A stretch of DNA of 64,000 bases from NCBI GenBank assembly GCA_051294375.1, contig CM119265.1:3096254-3160253 (forward strand), given 5' to 3'. The position numbers and the translations under genes are program-made. The notes under the pieces were generated by a model. That model saw only the letters and a list, made by a program, of their open reading frames with translations. It did not search any database and was not told the DNA's origin. Below are positions 14,232 to 28,200 of the stretch, piece by piece (within the stretch, counting starts at the first letter, position 1; each line of letters begins with the position of its first letter). The DNA is from Paraspadella gotoi. Taxonomy: Eukaryota; Animalia; Chaetognatha.

Positions 14232-16476
14232 TCTCTTCTCTCTCTTCTCTCTCTCCGCTCTCTCTCTCTCTCACTCATACACGCATTTGTTTGTTTTATT
14301 AACAACGAATGACTCATCGCGTCAATGAATGACTATCATCGCATCAATCATTCGTTTTTTTCTTTGATCGTATAGCGTCTGGCGAGATCACTATACTTTT
14401 AAGATTTTTAAAATTAATATACAATTGACAACAATCTCTGATGACCCCTTAACCTCTTCCCCCTTCACTAGCCACCCCAATGCCACCCCTGGGACCCACT
14501 TGGCACCGGCCAATGGGCAGCGGGGGACATGGAATTCGGAGGGGAGTGCTCCACCGTTTCCAAAGGTGGAGCGGCGCCTTCGCTGGAGTGGCGCCGGCCG
14601 TCGACGGGACAATCGGGGCTGGGGACGCCGGACATTTACCCCGGGGATCCGCCGCAGGTTCGTTTGAATGTATAAAAATAATAAAAAGTATTAACGTATT
14701 TTAAAACATTGAAGGATGTTGCGTACCTTATTAATCCTCTTCTTTTTACTCAGTTTTAAAATCAACTTATAAAGAAATAATAAAAGTAGATGCGACACTT
14801 GTCTATTTATACAAGAATGTAATTTTTAAATTCATGTTTTATATTCATTTTAAAATTGTTGTCTAATTGAGTCTAATATTTTAAAACAAGTTATTTTGCA
14901 ATTTTTCATAAAGAGGAATTTGTAAAATAGTTAATCAAAACTTTAAAAAAAGACAAAAAAAACTAGAGGTATAAAAACTATCCCTAAAATATTAATCTAA
15001 AACTTTTAAGAAACCCAAATTATAAGATATAATCAATAATCTAAATTACTGCAATATGCAAATGAAATTATTGTTCATTCCCTTCACCACGCAGATCACG
15101 TCCTCTTTCTACTTCAAACCTTCCCACGAGGATCAAGGAACGAACCTGACCTGCGAACTTACTCACCCACATCTTAGACCGCAGGACAAGGGAAAGTTCG
15201 CCTGCGTCATAGGTAAGTCTCTCAATCTCTTCTCCACATCTTTTTCCCATCTCTCTCCCATCTCCACTTATTTTCTTCTCCCATCTCCCTCTCCTCCTCT
15301 TCTCCAATCTCCACTCCCATCTTCTTCGCTTTCCTTTCCTATCTACACCCCATTAATATCCCCCATCTGCATCCCATCTCTACCCCATTTTCTTCCCATC
15401 TGCATCTCTCCTTCCATTCTCTTTTTCCTCTCCATCTATTCCTCTTCCCTCCCATTTCCACCCTCATCTCGTTTCCCATCTGCACCCCTTACCTCTCCCA
15501 TCTCCTCCCTCCAAAGGTCCCCTCGACATTCTCTTCGACGTCATCTTCTTCTGCGACTCGGAACAGTTCGTCGATCCCGACGACGACGACTTCAACGTCA
15601 CCTGCGACGTTTGGGCCAACCCGCCCGTCGACCCCAATCACTTGTTTTGGATTCCCCAGGTTATTTTTGGGGCTTGGGACTCGGGGGTCGGAGCTTCGAG
15701 GCTTTCGGGTCTTCAGTCTTGGTCCGGCGCTTTCGACCGAAGCGACTATTTAAGAGACTTTTGCGTTGGTCAGACAGTTGTTCAGTCTGTCTANNNNNNN
15801 NNNNNNCGACCGAAGCGACTATTTAAGAGACTTTTGGGTTGGTCAGACAGTTGCTCAGTCTGTCTATCCATAGGTCGGTCCTTCTTAGTTATTACATTTA
15901 AATACAAATAACTCGCTTAATACTGAATTTTTGGGATTAAAACTTGGCAGATAAGGGCATTAATATGAGACCATCCCAGTGATCACAATAGAATGCACTT
16001 GTACTTGCTGTTTTTTTTTTAGCTTGAGACTGGCCTTGGGTTTTCACAATAAATCGCGGACGCATAACCTGACCAGAGGACAGTATTAGACTATTAGTCG
16101 ATATATAGTCTACATAGTATACACATACTGTTTTACTTAAGAAAATATATAAGTACACTTTTTTTTTTATCAGAATCTGGACAAACCTCCACTTTCCGAA
16201 TTGATCAACACGTCCGACTGTTGGCAAGCGAGACAAAACACTTTCCGTCAAAACAGTTACATGGTGAGACCGGATATTAAGTTAATTCGAGGCCTCGCGA
16301 TGTAAAGGAATAAAATTGAATATTTAAAGAATAAAAACAAATTTTCCACCATCAGGTGTCGCCTCACGTGACGAGGACAACGGTGACGGTGGACAAACAT
16401 TTGGACAAATTCGTGGATTCGTTAGACTTTGTCCTTCAGGCGCGACTCAGCAGCAGGAAGAACATTTCCATGTGAG

Positions 16477-16522
<46 letters not shown>

Positions 16523-17691
16523 AAGTCATTTTCCCCCCACCTCAGGCTGATCTTGGACCCCAACGCTGAGCGACGAATGATTCAAGGATTCGACGAGGAT
16601 CTTTTCATCTCCATGTTGATGATCGTCATCGGTGGAGTCAGCATGCTTTCCGCTTTGCTTGTAAGTACCAATCAATTGGAAGATTGCTTTCCGCTTTGCT
16701 TGTAAGTGCCAATCTATTGAAAGATTGCTTTCCGCTTTGCTTGTAAGTGCCAATCTACTGAAAGATTGCTTTCCTCTTTGCTTGTAAGTACCAATCTATT
16801 GAAAGATTGCGTTCCGCTTTGCTTGAAAGTGCCAATCTATTAAAAGATTTATTTTCCCTTTGGCTTGTAAGTGCCAATCTATTGAAAGATTGCTTTCCAC
16901 TTTGCTTGTGAGTACCAATCTATTAAAAGATTTATTTTCCCTTTGGCTTGTAAGTACCAATCAATTGAAAGATTGCTTATAAGTGCCAATCAATTGAAAT
17001 ATTGCTTTCCCTCTTAGCTTGTAAGTGCCTATCGGTTTAAAAGATTTCTTTCTGCTGTGATTGTAAGCACCAATCAATTGAAAGATTGCTTTCTGCTTAA
17101 TCAATAACTCCCCCCCAACCCCTCTTCAGGTCGTCTTCATCTTCGGCGCCTACGACTGGTACCAATCCTTTCGTCCTCGCGACGCCGACTTCGGCTACGA
17201 GAAGTTGCGGAAGATCGAGGCGTCGAAACGCGGCGTCGCCGAGAGACCGGCGTCGGCGTCGGCGTCGAATCCCGGCGCTCTCGGCGGAGGAGGAGGAGGA
17301 GGAGGGGGTAGTGGGGGAGGAGGAGGGGGCGAAGTGACGGCCTCGGCGAGGGCGCAGGTAATTTAAATCCTAATTAGGTACAACCAAAGGCTATATCATA
17401 TACGATATGATATATAATATTATATATNNNNNNNNNNATAATTTGCTTTCTGTCAATAAATTCTGACGTTTCATCATAATCGTTCCATCATAATAATTTG
17501 AAATGAGGGAGCTTATTTTAAGTATTAGCTCATTAAACAAATCACACTTTTAAAAATGCTTCAATATTAAATCTTATGTTCATTTGTTTCCCCCAATTTA
17601 ATTTCAGACTCGAACGTCAGGCGCCGCCGCCTCCGCTCTGAGTCGCCGACTGCAAAATAGACACTCGATGATTTCTTCGTTGTCTTCCTGA
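42..17691 (+). CDS. Ig-superfamily membrane protein (V-type + two C2-like domains, TM, Gly-rich tail; nectin/nephrin/kirre-like layout), 16 exons, ~655 aa
   Basis: Exons 42-120, 433-487, 551-622, 1051-1199, 1487-1637, 2529-2752, 12171-12236, 12354-12444, 14472-14657, 15095-15212, 15517-15659, 16174-16263, 16356-16471, 16546-16660, 17130-17357, 17608-17691. All are GT-AG with matching phases except exon 6 (net frameshift). Motifs: hydrophobic MLTCYVVAIVVAIVVVVAPVPVGG; V domain GAHAALPC..LKWVK..RFALDHDNYSLYIRNLDIDDGGRYQC; C2 ECSTVSKGGAAPSLEW..PSHEDQGTNLTCELTHP; third domain VTCDVWANPP..LFW; TM LFISMLMIVIGGVSMLSALLVVFIFGAY. Exons 1-4 are the least certain. Confidence 0.85.
1764..2056. mobile_element. 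MITE-like repeat with ~25-bp TIRs and degenerate (CCCTAA)n-like core
   Basis: GGCTCTATTTTCCAAAGGCGCCAAAT ... ATTGGGCACTTTTGGAAAATATGGCCG; related copies elsewhere in the window. Confidence 0.7.
3589..8426 (-). CDS. Rhodopsin-like (class A) 7TM GPCR, invertebrate peptide/FMRFamide-receptor-like orphan type, 8 exons, 371 aa
   Basis: Exons 8246-8426, 7923-8001, 7092-7227, 6418-6516, 5738-5831, 4786-5045, 4393-4477, 3589-3770 total 1116 nt with all phases matching. TM1 IFGLIGNALIL; TM2 FLAGVAVADLL; TM3-top Cys FCK; TM3 end SIWRMQSVISP; ECL2 Cys GQC; TM5 GYVVPVVVIVIAN; TM6 AFCVLLLPWQI; TM7 NSSVNFLLYCLSGPSYR. Confidence 0.93.
3961..4135 (+). repeat. Unclassified ~170-bp dispersed repeat
   Basis: GAAATTGGTACAACCAAT...AAGGCCTCCATCACT...CTGCAAGCTTTT...AGTCTCGTTTATTCA. 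Copies at ~6595-6830, 12560-12697, 29805-29978(-), 32175-32350(-), 37545-37733 and 63795-63950. Confidence 0.85.
5055..5240 (+). repeat. G-tract tandem repeat (~21-24 bp unit)
   Basis: Unit approximately TTGGGGTGGGGGTGGTTGGGATA. Confidence 0.9.
5415..5670. repeat. 21-bp tandem repeat (~11-12 copies) in GPCR intron 5
   Basis: Unit TTTAATTCAACTCTATTCAGT, nearly identical copies. Confidence 0.95.
16645..17098 (+). repeat. 41/42-bp tandem repeat (~11 copies) containing the 5' splice site of Ig-gene exon 14
   Basis: Unit GCTTTCCGCTTTGCTT|GTAAGTACCAATCAATTGGAAGATT; the first 16 nt of the first unit are coding. Confidence 0.92.
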
Positions 17692-19278
17692 TGCTAATTA
17701 TTAATATTAAAAAAGATATTAACTAAAATTAATTATATTGTGCTTTGAACCCCGGCCAGTCCGTGGCGTCGCAGAAAAGCGTAAAGGGAAGAACAATCGT
17801 GATTCCATTTATAAAGTTTACGTTATTTTTCTTGATTGTTTATGATATTTTGTGGAGCTACTACGCTTAAGCATGGGTGACTGTCGTTGTACAATTGTAC
17901 ATTCGTATTTTGAATTCAATGTGATTTCTCTTTCATTAGCAGTTGTCGGTTTTATTGTGCGTTTAGCTTATGCCCCATGACAACGAAAAGTTATGAAAAT
18001 AAAATCTAAAACTAACATAACATGAAATGACACAAAATACAAGAAAATTGTTCTCTGCTTAGATGCGTCTTTCTTTACTAGGTGCAACGATTCTGTTTAT
18101 TAAACACTGTGTTTTGAATTTCTATGTAATTATAAGTGCTTGCTAAAATTAATGAGTATTTTTTATTCAACAGCGTTGAAATGATTTTTCTGACGAGGTA
18201 ATTGCCATGAATATCTTTAAACTAATATTTTTTTAACTAATTGGAATGAGTCAAAATCAGAAATTTTACTTTTATTAAATTCATAATAAAGTGGAACAAA
18301 AAAAGTAAAAGCAGCACATGTAAATAAAAAAGACACATACGCACATCTGGCAGCAAGATAAAACCCACAGTCAATAAATAAATTGGATAAAAAAAGCACA
18401 GTTTGTAAACTTTTTTTATCTAAGAAGAGATGAAATATATTTTAACACTTTGCACTTTGCACAATTTGGGAGAGATAAGCTCAATAAACCACAGCGAACT
18501 AGTTAAGCTTTTTTCCTTTTTTTGATATTTGCTAATTGCTAACTTGCGGGACGAAAGCGGCCATCGTTAAATTTTAAAACGTAATATAATATTATAGATA
18601 TTTCGAAAAAACAATCCGGTTGGCAAGTAGTTCAGTAGCACGTGCTGTTTTAATATATAGACAATTAGACATACATACGTTTAGAAACACGTTTATTCGT
18701 GAACTTGGAGAAAAGGATTTAAATGCGAATTAAATCACGAGGCGGAGATTTAAAAAGATGCACTGCATTGAAAGATATCTATTTAACAAGAAGGTATCAT
18801 TATCAAATAGCAGAATTAGGATGTCCGAAAATAAATGTAGCATTGTAGCAGGTTGTATCAAATCGAGACGGTTAAAAGTGAGAATGAGGTTAAAGATAAA
18901 GGATGAGCTCGAAACAAGAATCTTGAATGGACCGTGAAAAATAACTTTTCAGGTTTTGTTAGACGCATGTCTGTTTTTTAAAATGAAAAAAAATGGGTAA
19001 ATTTTTATGAGATTTTTGGTATTATCTTCCTAAAAGGTCATGGCGTAATATTCTCTCTGAAAATGTGTTATAAAAGTCAAGTTGGTTTTTTTCTAATCAA
19101 TTTTATCAATCATTCTAAAATTTTCCATTTTCCGACTGGACCCTGCTTGCTGACTGGATCTAGACACACCAATTTCAAAAAACGCCCAGTCTTGACCCGA
19201 CACTTCCCAGCTCCTTGCAGTCCTGACCCAACACTTCCCAGCACCGCAGGGTTTCTCTCAAGGTGCCAAATTCCCTTT

Positions 19279-22200
19279 TCAATCCATCGCCCTTTTCTCA
19301 GACTCCGACTGAGAAGCATCCGGCGCTGCGGATGGGTAAGGTGCCGGATAAGGAGCCGGTGCCGTCGTCGGGTAAGGAGCCGGATACGGCGCTGCCGGAG
19401 ACACGGCGGGTCCAGCGGGATACGCCGGCGGCGCGGAGGGCGGATATCCGGGCGCCGCAGCCGCCGCCGCGGGATATCCTGCTGTCGCCGCTGGCGGATA
19501 TCCCGCAGCTGGCGGCGGATATCCCGCAGCTGGCGGCGGATATCCCGCAGCTGGCGGCGGATATCCCGCAGCTGGTGGCGGATATCCCGCAGCTGGCGGC
19601 GGGTAGCCTGTCGCCGCGGCGGGGGGCGGATACGCTGCTGGTTGCGGCATGTTCGCCGGCGTGTAGGCGGGAGGCGGCTGCTGTTGAGGATACGCCACCT
19701 GCGTTTGGTGGAGACAGCGAGGGGGGGGGAGGAAAAAGGTTTTGTATAATAGGAAAATATATCGTTGACGTTTAATCAATTATAATTATTAATAATTATT
19801 AATAATTTATGAGTGAAGACAAAGTATTTTGATTTTGATAAATGTGATGACAGATCTAGTGACAAATTATCTATTGTTCAATTACGATTTGTAATTAGAA
19901 GGATGGTCCGTCTCTGTCTGTCATTGGTCGGTCTGAGGTTGGAGTAAGGTCCGTGATTCGTCGGCTGTTTGATGATTCGCGAAGAGGACGACCAATCAGA
20001 TAACGAGACCGACCGAATCCATTTTGCCAGATATATACGGACGGGTCGCATCGAACACCCCTTTCCCTTTTAACTAACCTGTCCGGGCTGCTGCGGCGGC
20101 TGGCCCGGCTGCGGAGCACCCGGCTGCATGACCGGGTAGAGCGGGACCGCCTGTCCCGATCCGTCGTCCCCCGCAGAGCCTCGGGCTTTCGCGCGTCGTC
20201 GTCGATCTCGACTCTCGATGATTCGTTGCGGTTACAGGAAAAAGCCAGCATCTGAGAGGGAAAAGGAAATTAACTATCCTTGGAATAATGATATGCTATC
20301 CTGATTGAGGAAAGGCGAGGGGTAGGGCGGATAACTATCCTTCAATAATGATAGCTATCCTTATGGACGGACTGTGTAGCCACTGTCTCAGAAAATAGAT
20401 GAAGATAGTGGAAGAGGATAGTGGAAGAGGATAGCGGAAGAGGATAGTGGAAGAGGATAGTGGAAGAGGTCGAGAAAGAAATGTCGAACGAAATGAGATG
20501 AATCGATGAATTGGATAATTTTAAAGTGTGGAGATTTTGTCAGCCGTTTTTATAAGTAGGAAGAAAGATAAAAATCAAAACAATACTAAAAAGAATTCCA
20601 GTTAAATTGAGATAAGACAGTTTTTTGTGGGATTTTCAAGTGCAGTTTTAAATTTTTGCCAATATTTCGATTTACATTGATGCATCATTTTTTAAGGTAG
20701 TCTCTTCAAAATTTAATTCCAGTTCAAGTTTTTTCGATCACCGTTTGAAAAGATCGAACAAAGTATTTTTTTTAGCGAGCAATGTCATTGAATTCGGCGA
20801 GCAATGCCNNNNNNNNNNGCGAGCAATGCCATTGAATTCGGCCGGCGATTTTCTTTTCTTTCTTACTTATCAATAGTCAGGATCTCCACCAGAGTAAAAG
20901 GTGACTTTTTTTGCGAGCAACAACAACAACAACCACTAAAAGAAAATCGGCGCTCTTTTCTGAAAATGCCCCATTTCTGTTAGTTTATCCCAGATTTAAA
21001 TTTTAATCTTGATATTTAACTAAACCCTAACCATAATCGCTAACAAAATCCCTAACCATAATCACTAACCGAATCCCTAACCATAATCACTAAGCAAATC
21101 CCTAACCATAATCACTAACCGAATTCCTAACCATACTCACTAACCAAATCCCTCACCCTAAATTTTTAATTTAATCCTTAATCTTTTACTTTAAAAAAAA
21201 TTAACCAAATTCCGAATTAAAAAAAAATGAAAACGGGGCGTTCTGGGAAAATAAGGCTCAAAAGATTCATCGTAACTGACCCGACGATGAGGAGGAGGAA
21301 GAAGAGGAGGAAGAGGAAGACGAGGACGATCTGCGTCGTCGTCATTTTCTGAGTTTCGTTGAGGAGAACGAGATGACGACGAGTCCCGTCGCTGAGTTCG
21401 TAGACGGCGAGCACTGGCGACCAAATCAAATACCGATCAGTCGATCGATCAATCATCTTAAGCGATCGAATCAATCCAACGCTTTTCCATCGATAGATTC
21501 AAATAGTCAAATCAAATAATTCCAGGGTAAGGTTTCATTACTCTATTCAATCAATCCATCAATCAATGAATCCATGAATCAATCAATTGAAGTTTTCAAA
21601 ATATTTATATCAATCAAACGCATCAATCAATCAATCGAATCAGTCAATCACAGTCCTTACCCGTCAGATATTCTTCCTCTTCCATCGTCAAAGGTGAGTT
21701 CACGCATTTCTTTCCTTTTTCGCCGAAGACGTCGCCTTGGCCGAGAGAGACCGCGGTGGCGTTGCCGGGCAGACGGGCTGTGGGCGAACGCGGGTAAAAT
21801 GTGGGGGTATCGAATGAATATGAAAGTCAAACTGGGAGATAAAGAAACTCGACTGCGAGTGACTGAGTGGCTGAGAGGTTCCTATCTTCGAATTTGTCTT
21901 TCGTTCCATTCATAGTCATAATCAATTCTATTAATCAATTATTTAATAATTTAGTGAGTGAAAGACCAAGTGGAGTAAGGTATTTTGATTCCTGAATAAA
22001 GTGGTCGACTGCAGCAATTTAGTGAAAATTTATGTCTAGCTTGTTCTCCAAATTTCACGAATTTGTAAATTTAGCAAAGGCGGTGGACTGTCTCTGCGGT
22101 TTCGGTCAATTGGTCGGATCTGAAGGCGTATGGATGCGAGAGTGGGATTCGCGTGAGGGTCCTGATTTAAGTGGCGGCTGGTTTGATGATTTCGGCGAAG

Positions 22201-25200
22201 AGGCCGAACTCCCACATCTCAGTAAATTGAAGCGTGAGGAAATTTTCGTCGGATCCGCGGAATCCATTTTGCCAAGGAGGTATATAATGAAACGTGTTGA
22301 GCGGGGGGGTGGCGCAAAAGTCGAACGAGGACACGCCTTGGTGGACACACCGACTTGTCTTAAAAGCTGAAGAAGGGGCACCTTCGCCGGGCTGCTGCGG
22401 CGGCCGCCCTGGACGGCGTTCTGCGTGAGGCACCCGGCTGCAAATGAACCAGGGGGAAGAGCGGGACCGTCTGTCCCGACCCGTCCGTCCGCCCGCACAG
22501 AAGAGTCCTCCGGGCTCTTTTCGACGACGAGCTCTCTCGTCCGTCGAATAAAATCCCTCTGACTCTCCGGGGAAGGGGGTAAAAAAGATTAGAAAATTTT
22601 TGGGTTAAGTGGATATAAGATATATTTTGTATTTGCCACGACGTTACCAAGAAAAAACGAAAAACGACCCAAGAAATACTGGGAGAGGGAGAAAAAAAGG
22701 AACAAGTATAAAAAAAACCTAAAAAAATCCTTAAAATGGGGAGAATGAATAGCTGGAATCCTTGATTGGAGAGAAAAAAAAGATCAGAGAAGGTACCTTG
22801 CTTTAGTGCGATAATACCATTACTCCTTGTAATAATGATAGACTATCATCCTATAGATTGTCCTAGTGAGGAAAAGGAGACGCGGGGCGAGAGGATTTGA
22901 CCTTTGTTATTTGTTTTGTATAGGGCGATAAAATCAATCCTCAAATACGAAAGATAAGCCTTAATCCCCCTTGATGTTAGGAAAGGAGAGGCTCGGTCTT
23001 GTTTTTATACGTTGTGCGGATAAACTATCTTTCCCAATTAATGAAGCTATTCCCTCTGATTGGAGGAAAAGGAAGGGTAGAGCGGCCCCCCGACTAATTT
23101 ACTAAAACCTTATCCCTATATGTTTATTCCAGTTTTTAAAGGTGTCGATCAAAGACAAGTCGGCTATTCGCTTGAATTTGGATCTGCGACGAAAGGCCGA
23201 GGGGTATAGGGCCCGGAAGCATAAACCTATGCCTTCGGAATAATGATAGGCGTACTCTTAAGTGTGATGTTAAAGAAATGAGGTCTACGATCGGTTAATG
23301 TACTGAGTGAAATAGCGTCAGCTTTACTTTATTGTACTGCATTGCATAGCGTTTGTCACATACTAGCATCAGCAGAATAGAATAGATAAGATTGAAAGGT
23401 GGGAAGAAGAGGATACGTGGGGTGTAAACTTTACGAGTGGATTAGCCGGGCAATGTAAGGTATAGTGTGATGAGATGGGTCGACGATTAGCGTTTTTTTG
23501 TGTTTATGAAAATTTGAAAATGGAGGTTGCCCCTTTGATAGTTAACGTGAATCTCACAAGACATCAATCGTTCCTCGAAACCGAAGTTTACAGCAGTCGA
23601 CATTCAGAAGACGACGTCGCATGTATTTCGAGACATCCCGCCCGGACGTTAACGAGATTTTCACCTCGATAATAATTTAAGAATAAGAATCAAGATATTT
23701 TTCATTTTCTTGCAGAGACGCGGAATCAAAAATAAAAATCATACAAAGATAGAGTGGAATCAGAGCAATTTGTGCTAACTGCCCCAACAATTTGATTTTA
23801 GTCAGCAAGGCTGGTGGGCCGTGAGATGTTGTGCTTTAAGTGCTCGGTTTCCTTGTACAATATTAAGAGAGGCTGAAAGAGCAGATAAGAGATTTAAAAA
23901 AACTCAATAAAACCAATACTCAAAAAAAAATTCCAGTTAAAATGGATAAGGACAGTTTTTGTCCGTGATTATAACAAACAGGTGTGCATTTTGTCTCGAT
24001 ATTATGTTACGCATTACCAATCGATAACATCATTTTTCCAAGGCAGTCTGCTCTCAAAATTATTTAATTCTCGACTGTGATTCATCAGACCAGCTATATT
24101 TACCTCGGAGTAATATTCCACTGCGGTTTCTTGAAAAAATGAAATCGATAATTTACCATGCAGAAGAGAGTACTTAGAAATTTTCTTTTTACTTATTAGC
24201 GCCAAATGCCATTAACTTAGCCTACAGAATCAAGGCTGACCTGCGTTTTCGTCTGGCTCGTGGAACAACATCTGAAATGTAATTCGGCCGGGCGATACGT
24301 GTCGCTTTCTGTCCTGTGCTATTCTTGAACTTACTCAATTAAGCACTCTCATGGATAGTACAGCATTTTCTTGCACCAGTCGAGTTACGAAATTGGTACT
24401 TTTTTGCCAGTAGCTTCCTCAGACCTAAAAGTCGGAAATAATCCCAATCGCCAGAACGCCTACTAAAAAGAAAATCTTAGTCCGCAGGACCCTCGAACTT
24501 CCCTTGTTTTGAAAAACTTTGGCCCAGCGTCCCGACAACGGAATTACTGTTCAGTTATTCAGTGTCTCTATCGCAGCCAATTTCTAGAATTTATTACGAG
24601 TGTAAAACACTTCATATTTTTATTTAATGGAATTACTTAAAATAACATTTAACACTCTATAATAAAAGATGCCACGTCCTAAACCATATTCCGCTTCATT
24701 CTGTCAACCTAACCTCTGCAAGCCCCGTAACCAAATTTCCGTAACCGCAATCTATCCTGAGTCACAATTATAAGCCTTGTTTGCCCTTACCTATCCACTA
24801 AGCGAGATTGTTCCTACCTCCACCCCCTAGTGTTAAATTTGTTAATTTTCAATACACCCCTTAATCTTTCAACTTTAATTAAATTTTTAAGTTTAACCAA
24901 ACTCTCCCCGATATTAAGACAAAATGCATTCAAGAAATTCAACAAACGGGGGCTGTGGTGCTCTTGCTCTAGGCTCGAAACCAGGGAATCATAAAGGGAC
25001 TCCGGAAAGGAGGATTCATGGAACTACCCGGACGATGAAGGGAGGCAGGGAGCGAAAAGGATATAGGATATCGGAAGCAAATTAGAGGACAGGACGAGCA
25101 CAATCTGCGTTCGTCGGGTCATATTTCCTGAGTTTCGTTGAGGGAGAAACGAGTGACGACGGAGTCCCGTCGCTGATTGTTCGAGACGGCGAGCACTGGC

Positions 25201-28200
25201 GACCAAATCGAAATACCGATCAGTCAGATCCGAGCAATCATCTTTAAGCGATTCGAATAAATCCAACAGCTTTTCCATCGATAGATTGAAATAGTCAAAT
25301 CAAATACAGTATTCGGTTTTTGTAAGAACCTGGAAAAAGTCAGGGAGGCTGTAACTTTTTTGTAAATGCCGTGGAAATCAGCTGAAAATTGAATACGGGT
25401 TGCTGAGGTGGTTTATTCCCCATAACGAGTTTAGAGCCACTTTAAAAAAAAAAATAGTGAAATGGGGCATTTTTTTGGACAAAAAATTAATTTGCATTAC
25501 TGTAAAAAATTATTTTATAATATATGTTATATCTCCACTCTATCTACGTCATAACTTGTATGGTGAAGTTATATCAAACCCTGGGGACTTGGGTCTGTTC
25601 CTCATATTACCCTGGTCCGTTAACAACAAACAAGATCATACATGACAAGCTTTGTTTAAAAACTCATTTGCATACCAGTAGGCAATTATAATATATTTTA
25701 TACTATCAATGTGATATTACAGTCTTATGATAATTAACAAAAAATTTATTTCGAATCACTCTAGCTCTAAACTATTACATCAATATCAGCATTTAGACAA
25801 ATGGTTTTGCCACTTTTTATATAACTATTTCTTCGTTTATATTTTAGTTCATGTCTGTTAATCCAAGTCCAAAGCTAGATCTGTCTTCAAACAAAATATC
25901 AAAATATGCCATTTTCTCCATATAGGGTAGAACTTGCACTAAATTATCTTTTCACCGTATAAAAATCAGTAGAGATACTTATGCCAATCCTAAAATAGCT
26001 CAGATCCTCAGGTGCTTAAAACTGATCATTGACAAATCTATATGACAGTTTTTTTTTACTACTGACCTCTATATACTATTATGGAATATAACCCTTTCAG
26101 AAAACCCCTCTAAAAAAACTTACACGGCAAACAACAGCCTTATTCAAACTGTTAACTAAACAATACTCCGCTTCACACCGTCTATCGAGCATAGTGTGCT
26201 CATCATCTAGCTCTATAACTCTTTAATACATACCTAAACAAGAGCGAGAACACTCCATTTTGAAAATAGTCTATTGAGAGATTTAAAAAGCTTCATAGAT
26301 TAAACTGTATCCGAGTAATGGAATGACTGCACAGAAAGGCGAACAACATAGAATGCATGACAACTCTTATCAGCTTGTCATTGAATAATATCGTTTCACT
26401 CTTCTATAATAAGGCGGAACAAAGTAAAAACTAAGAGGTTTCTGTAATATACTAAATAACCGGTTAGAGCCATCTCCTGTGGCTGATCGATTGAACTCGT
26501 AACAAAACATGACATTTACATGATTTCTATACTACTAATAAAGATAATATAGAGCATTTAGAATGTCTTGTCTAATTCGTATTACATCATAGAATCATTG
26601 GTAAGAAATCTATTTATATTATTTCAATATAGAATCTGTTACAAGACATTTTTAAAAGCCGGATGTCCTGGGTAGGGATATATTGAATTAACATTTCATA
26701 AAATAAAAAATATTATTACAAGGAATCTTTCAAGCTTTTTGTTATGTGTAAATATTGGGACTTAATAAGATTGAGACAAAAACTATAAATAGAAATTATA
26801 GCGATAGAAAGTTCAATATGGCCGGAATGATGATTATTTGCCATTGATTTTTTAAAAGAGGCTTTTTTCCATTATATTTGACCCCCGCCCGCACTAAACA
26901 CAACTATTAATATAGACACTATAATTGCAAAACATTCATTCATAATTGAGTAATTACAAATCGCATCTTGTCAATATAAACATATGTGTAGTTAAGAAGC
27001 AAACACCTTTTAAATAGAAGTGCGACTCTTAGTCTGAAGTCCAGTTTTTGCTTAACAGAAAAATATAAAAACGTTTACATTTTGTTGCCGCCCTTATTAA
27101 GCAAGAGTACGATGAGAATAATTCCATTTGTTAACTAATGCCTGATATAGATTTCCATCCATACTTACTCTGTCTTTCCGGAACTTTCCTGTGCTCCAAG
27201 TCCAATTTTGTTCCACTTATCAGAGCATGTTTATTATACGTATAGCACTTTCAACAGACCGAATTAAACGCTGATGGTTTCTCCCTGTTAGGGACTATTG
27301 TATAAAGCTATGAGAGATAGTAATATCAGCTCAATAGAGAACGGTTTTTAATTAAAAGTTTGAATTTTAGGAGTGTTTTTCTGTATTTTTTAAGGTTTTG
27401 AAGAGGGTAATTAAGTATATATTAATAATAAAAACATCACTCAAAAAGATATAAAGTTAGATGAATATTTCTTTTTAAAATATAACTATTTACATATATT
27501 TTGAAAATAATATAATCTCTCAAGGCTTTGCCAAGGCGAGGACCATCTTCGCCGGTTTTGGTCTCTTCTTTGTATAAAATTATAAACGCTTTTTTATAAC
27601 ATACCTTGTTCCAAAAAAATGCATATTTTTGGACTCGATTTTTAGCTACTGGATGTTGATAATCTCTAATTGTGGTGGAATATAAAACGAAAGATAAATT
27701 CCTTAATCTTATTCTTCTATTTTATGGAAACAAGTGGATGGCACTGAGTTTATGTTGATATTTCGTTCGAGCCAAGATAGGCCTCATTTATCCTCGAAAT
27801 ATTCTTATTCTTATAATATTTTCATAAGGATGTTCTCGGCTTCTGCGCGTGGATTAATATTTTACTACATACTTTATATATAAAAATTATAAGAATTGCT
27901 ACTGTATGCAAATCCTGCCAGTTTTTAACCAAAAGCTTCGATATTTCTGATTCATTTTTGTTTTTACCACGGTTTAGAAAACCACCTCCCCGGTTATATC
28001 ACCCATAATTATAATGATATTTACTACGCATATTTTTTTACAGTACTGAAATTAATTTTGTTTCCAAAAAACAATGGATTCACTATTTTTTTTTTATGTG
28101 CTCAAACTTGCCTTAATGGGGAATCAAACCACACCGCTCAGAGTCTTGTCTAACCCCTTATTTAATTTTTCAGTACTGATTCCAGTCATTTACACATAAC

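Noticed and set aside
19063-19775. Plus-strand ORFs with RRISRSW or ADIPQLA repeats
   Set aside because: They are antisense shadows of the minus-strand YPPPAAG exon, which has a proper acceptor and phase.
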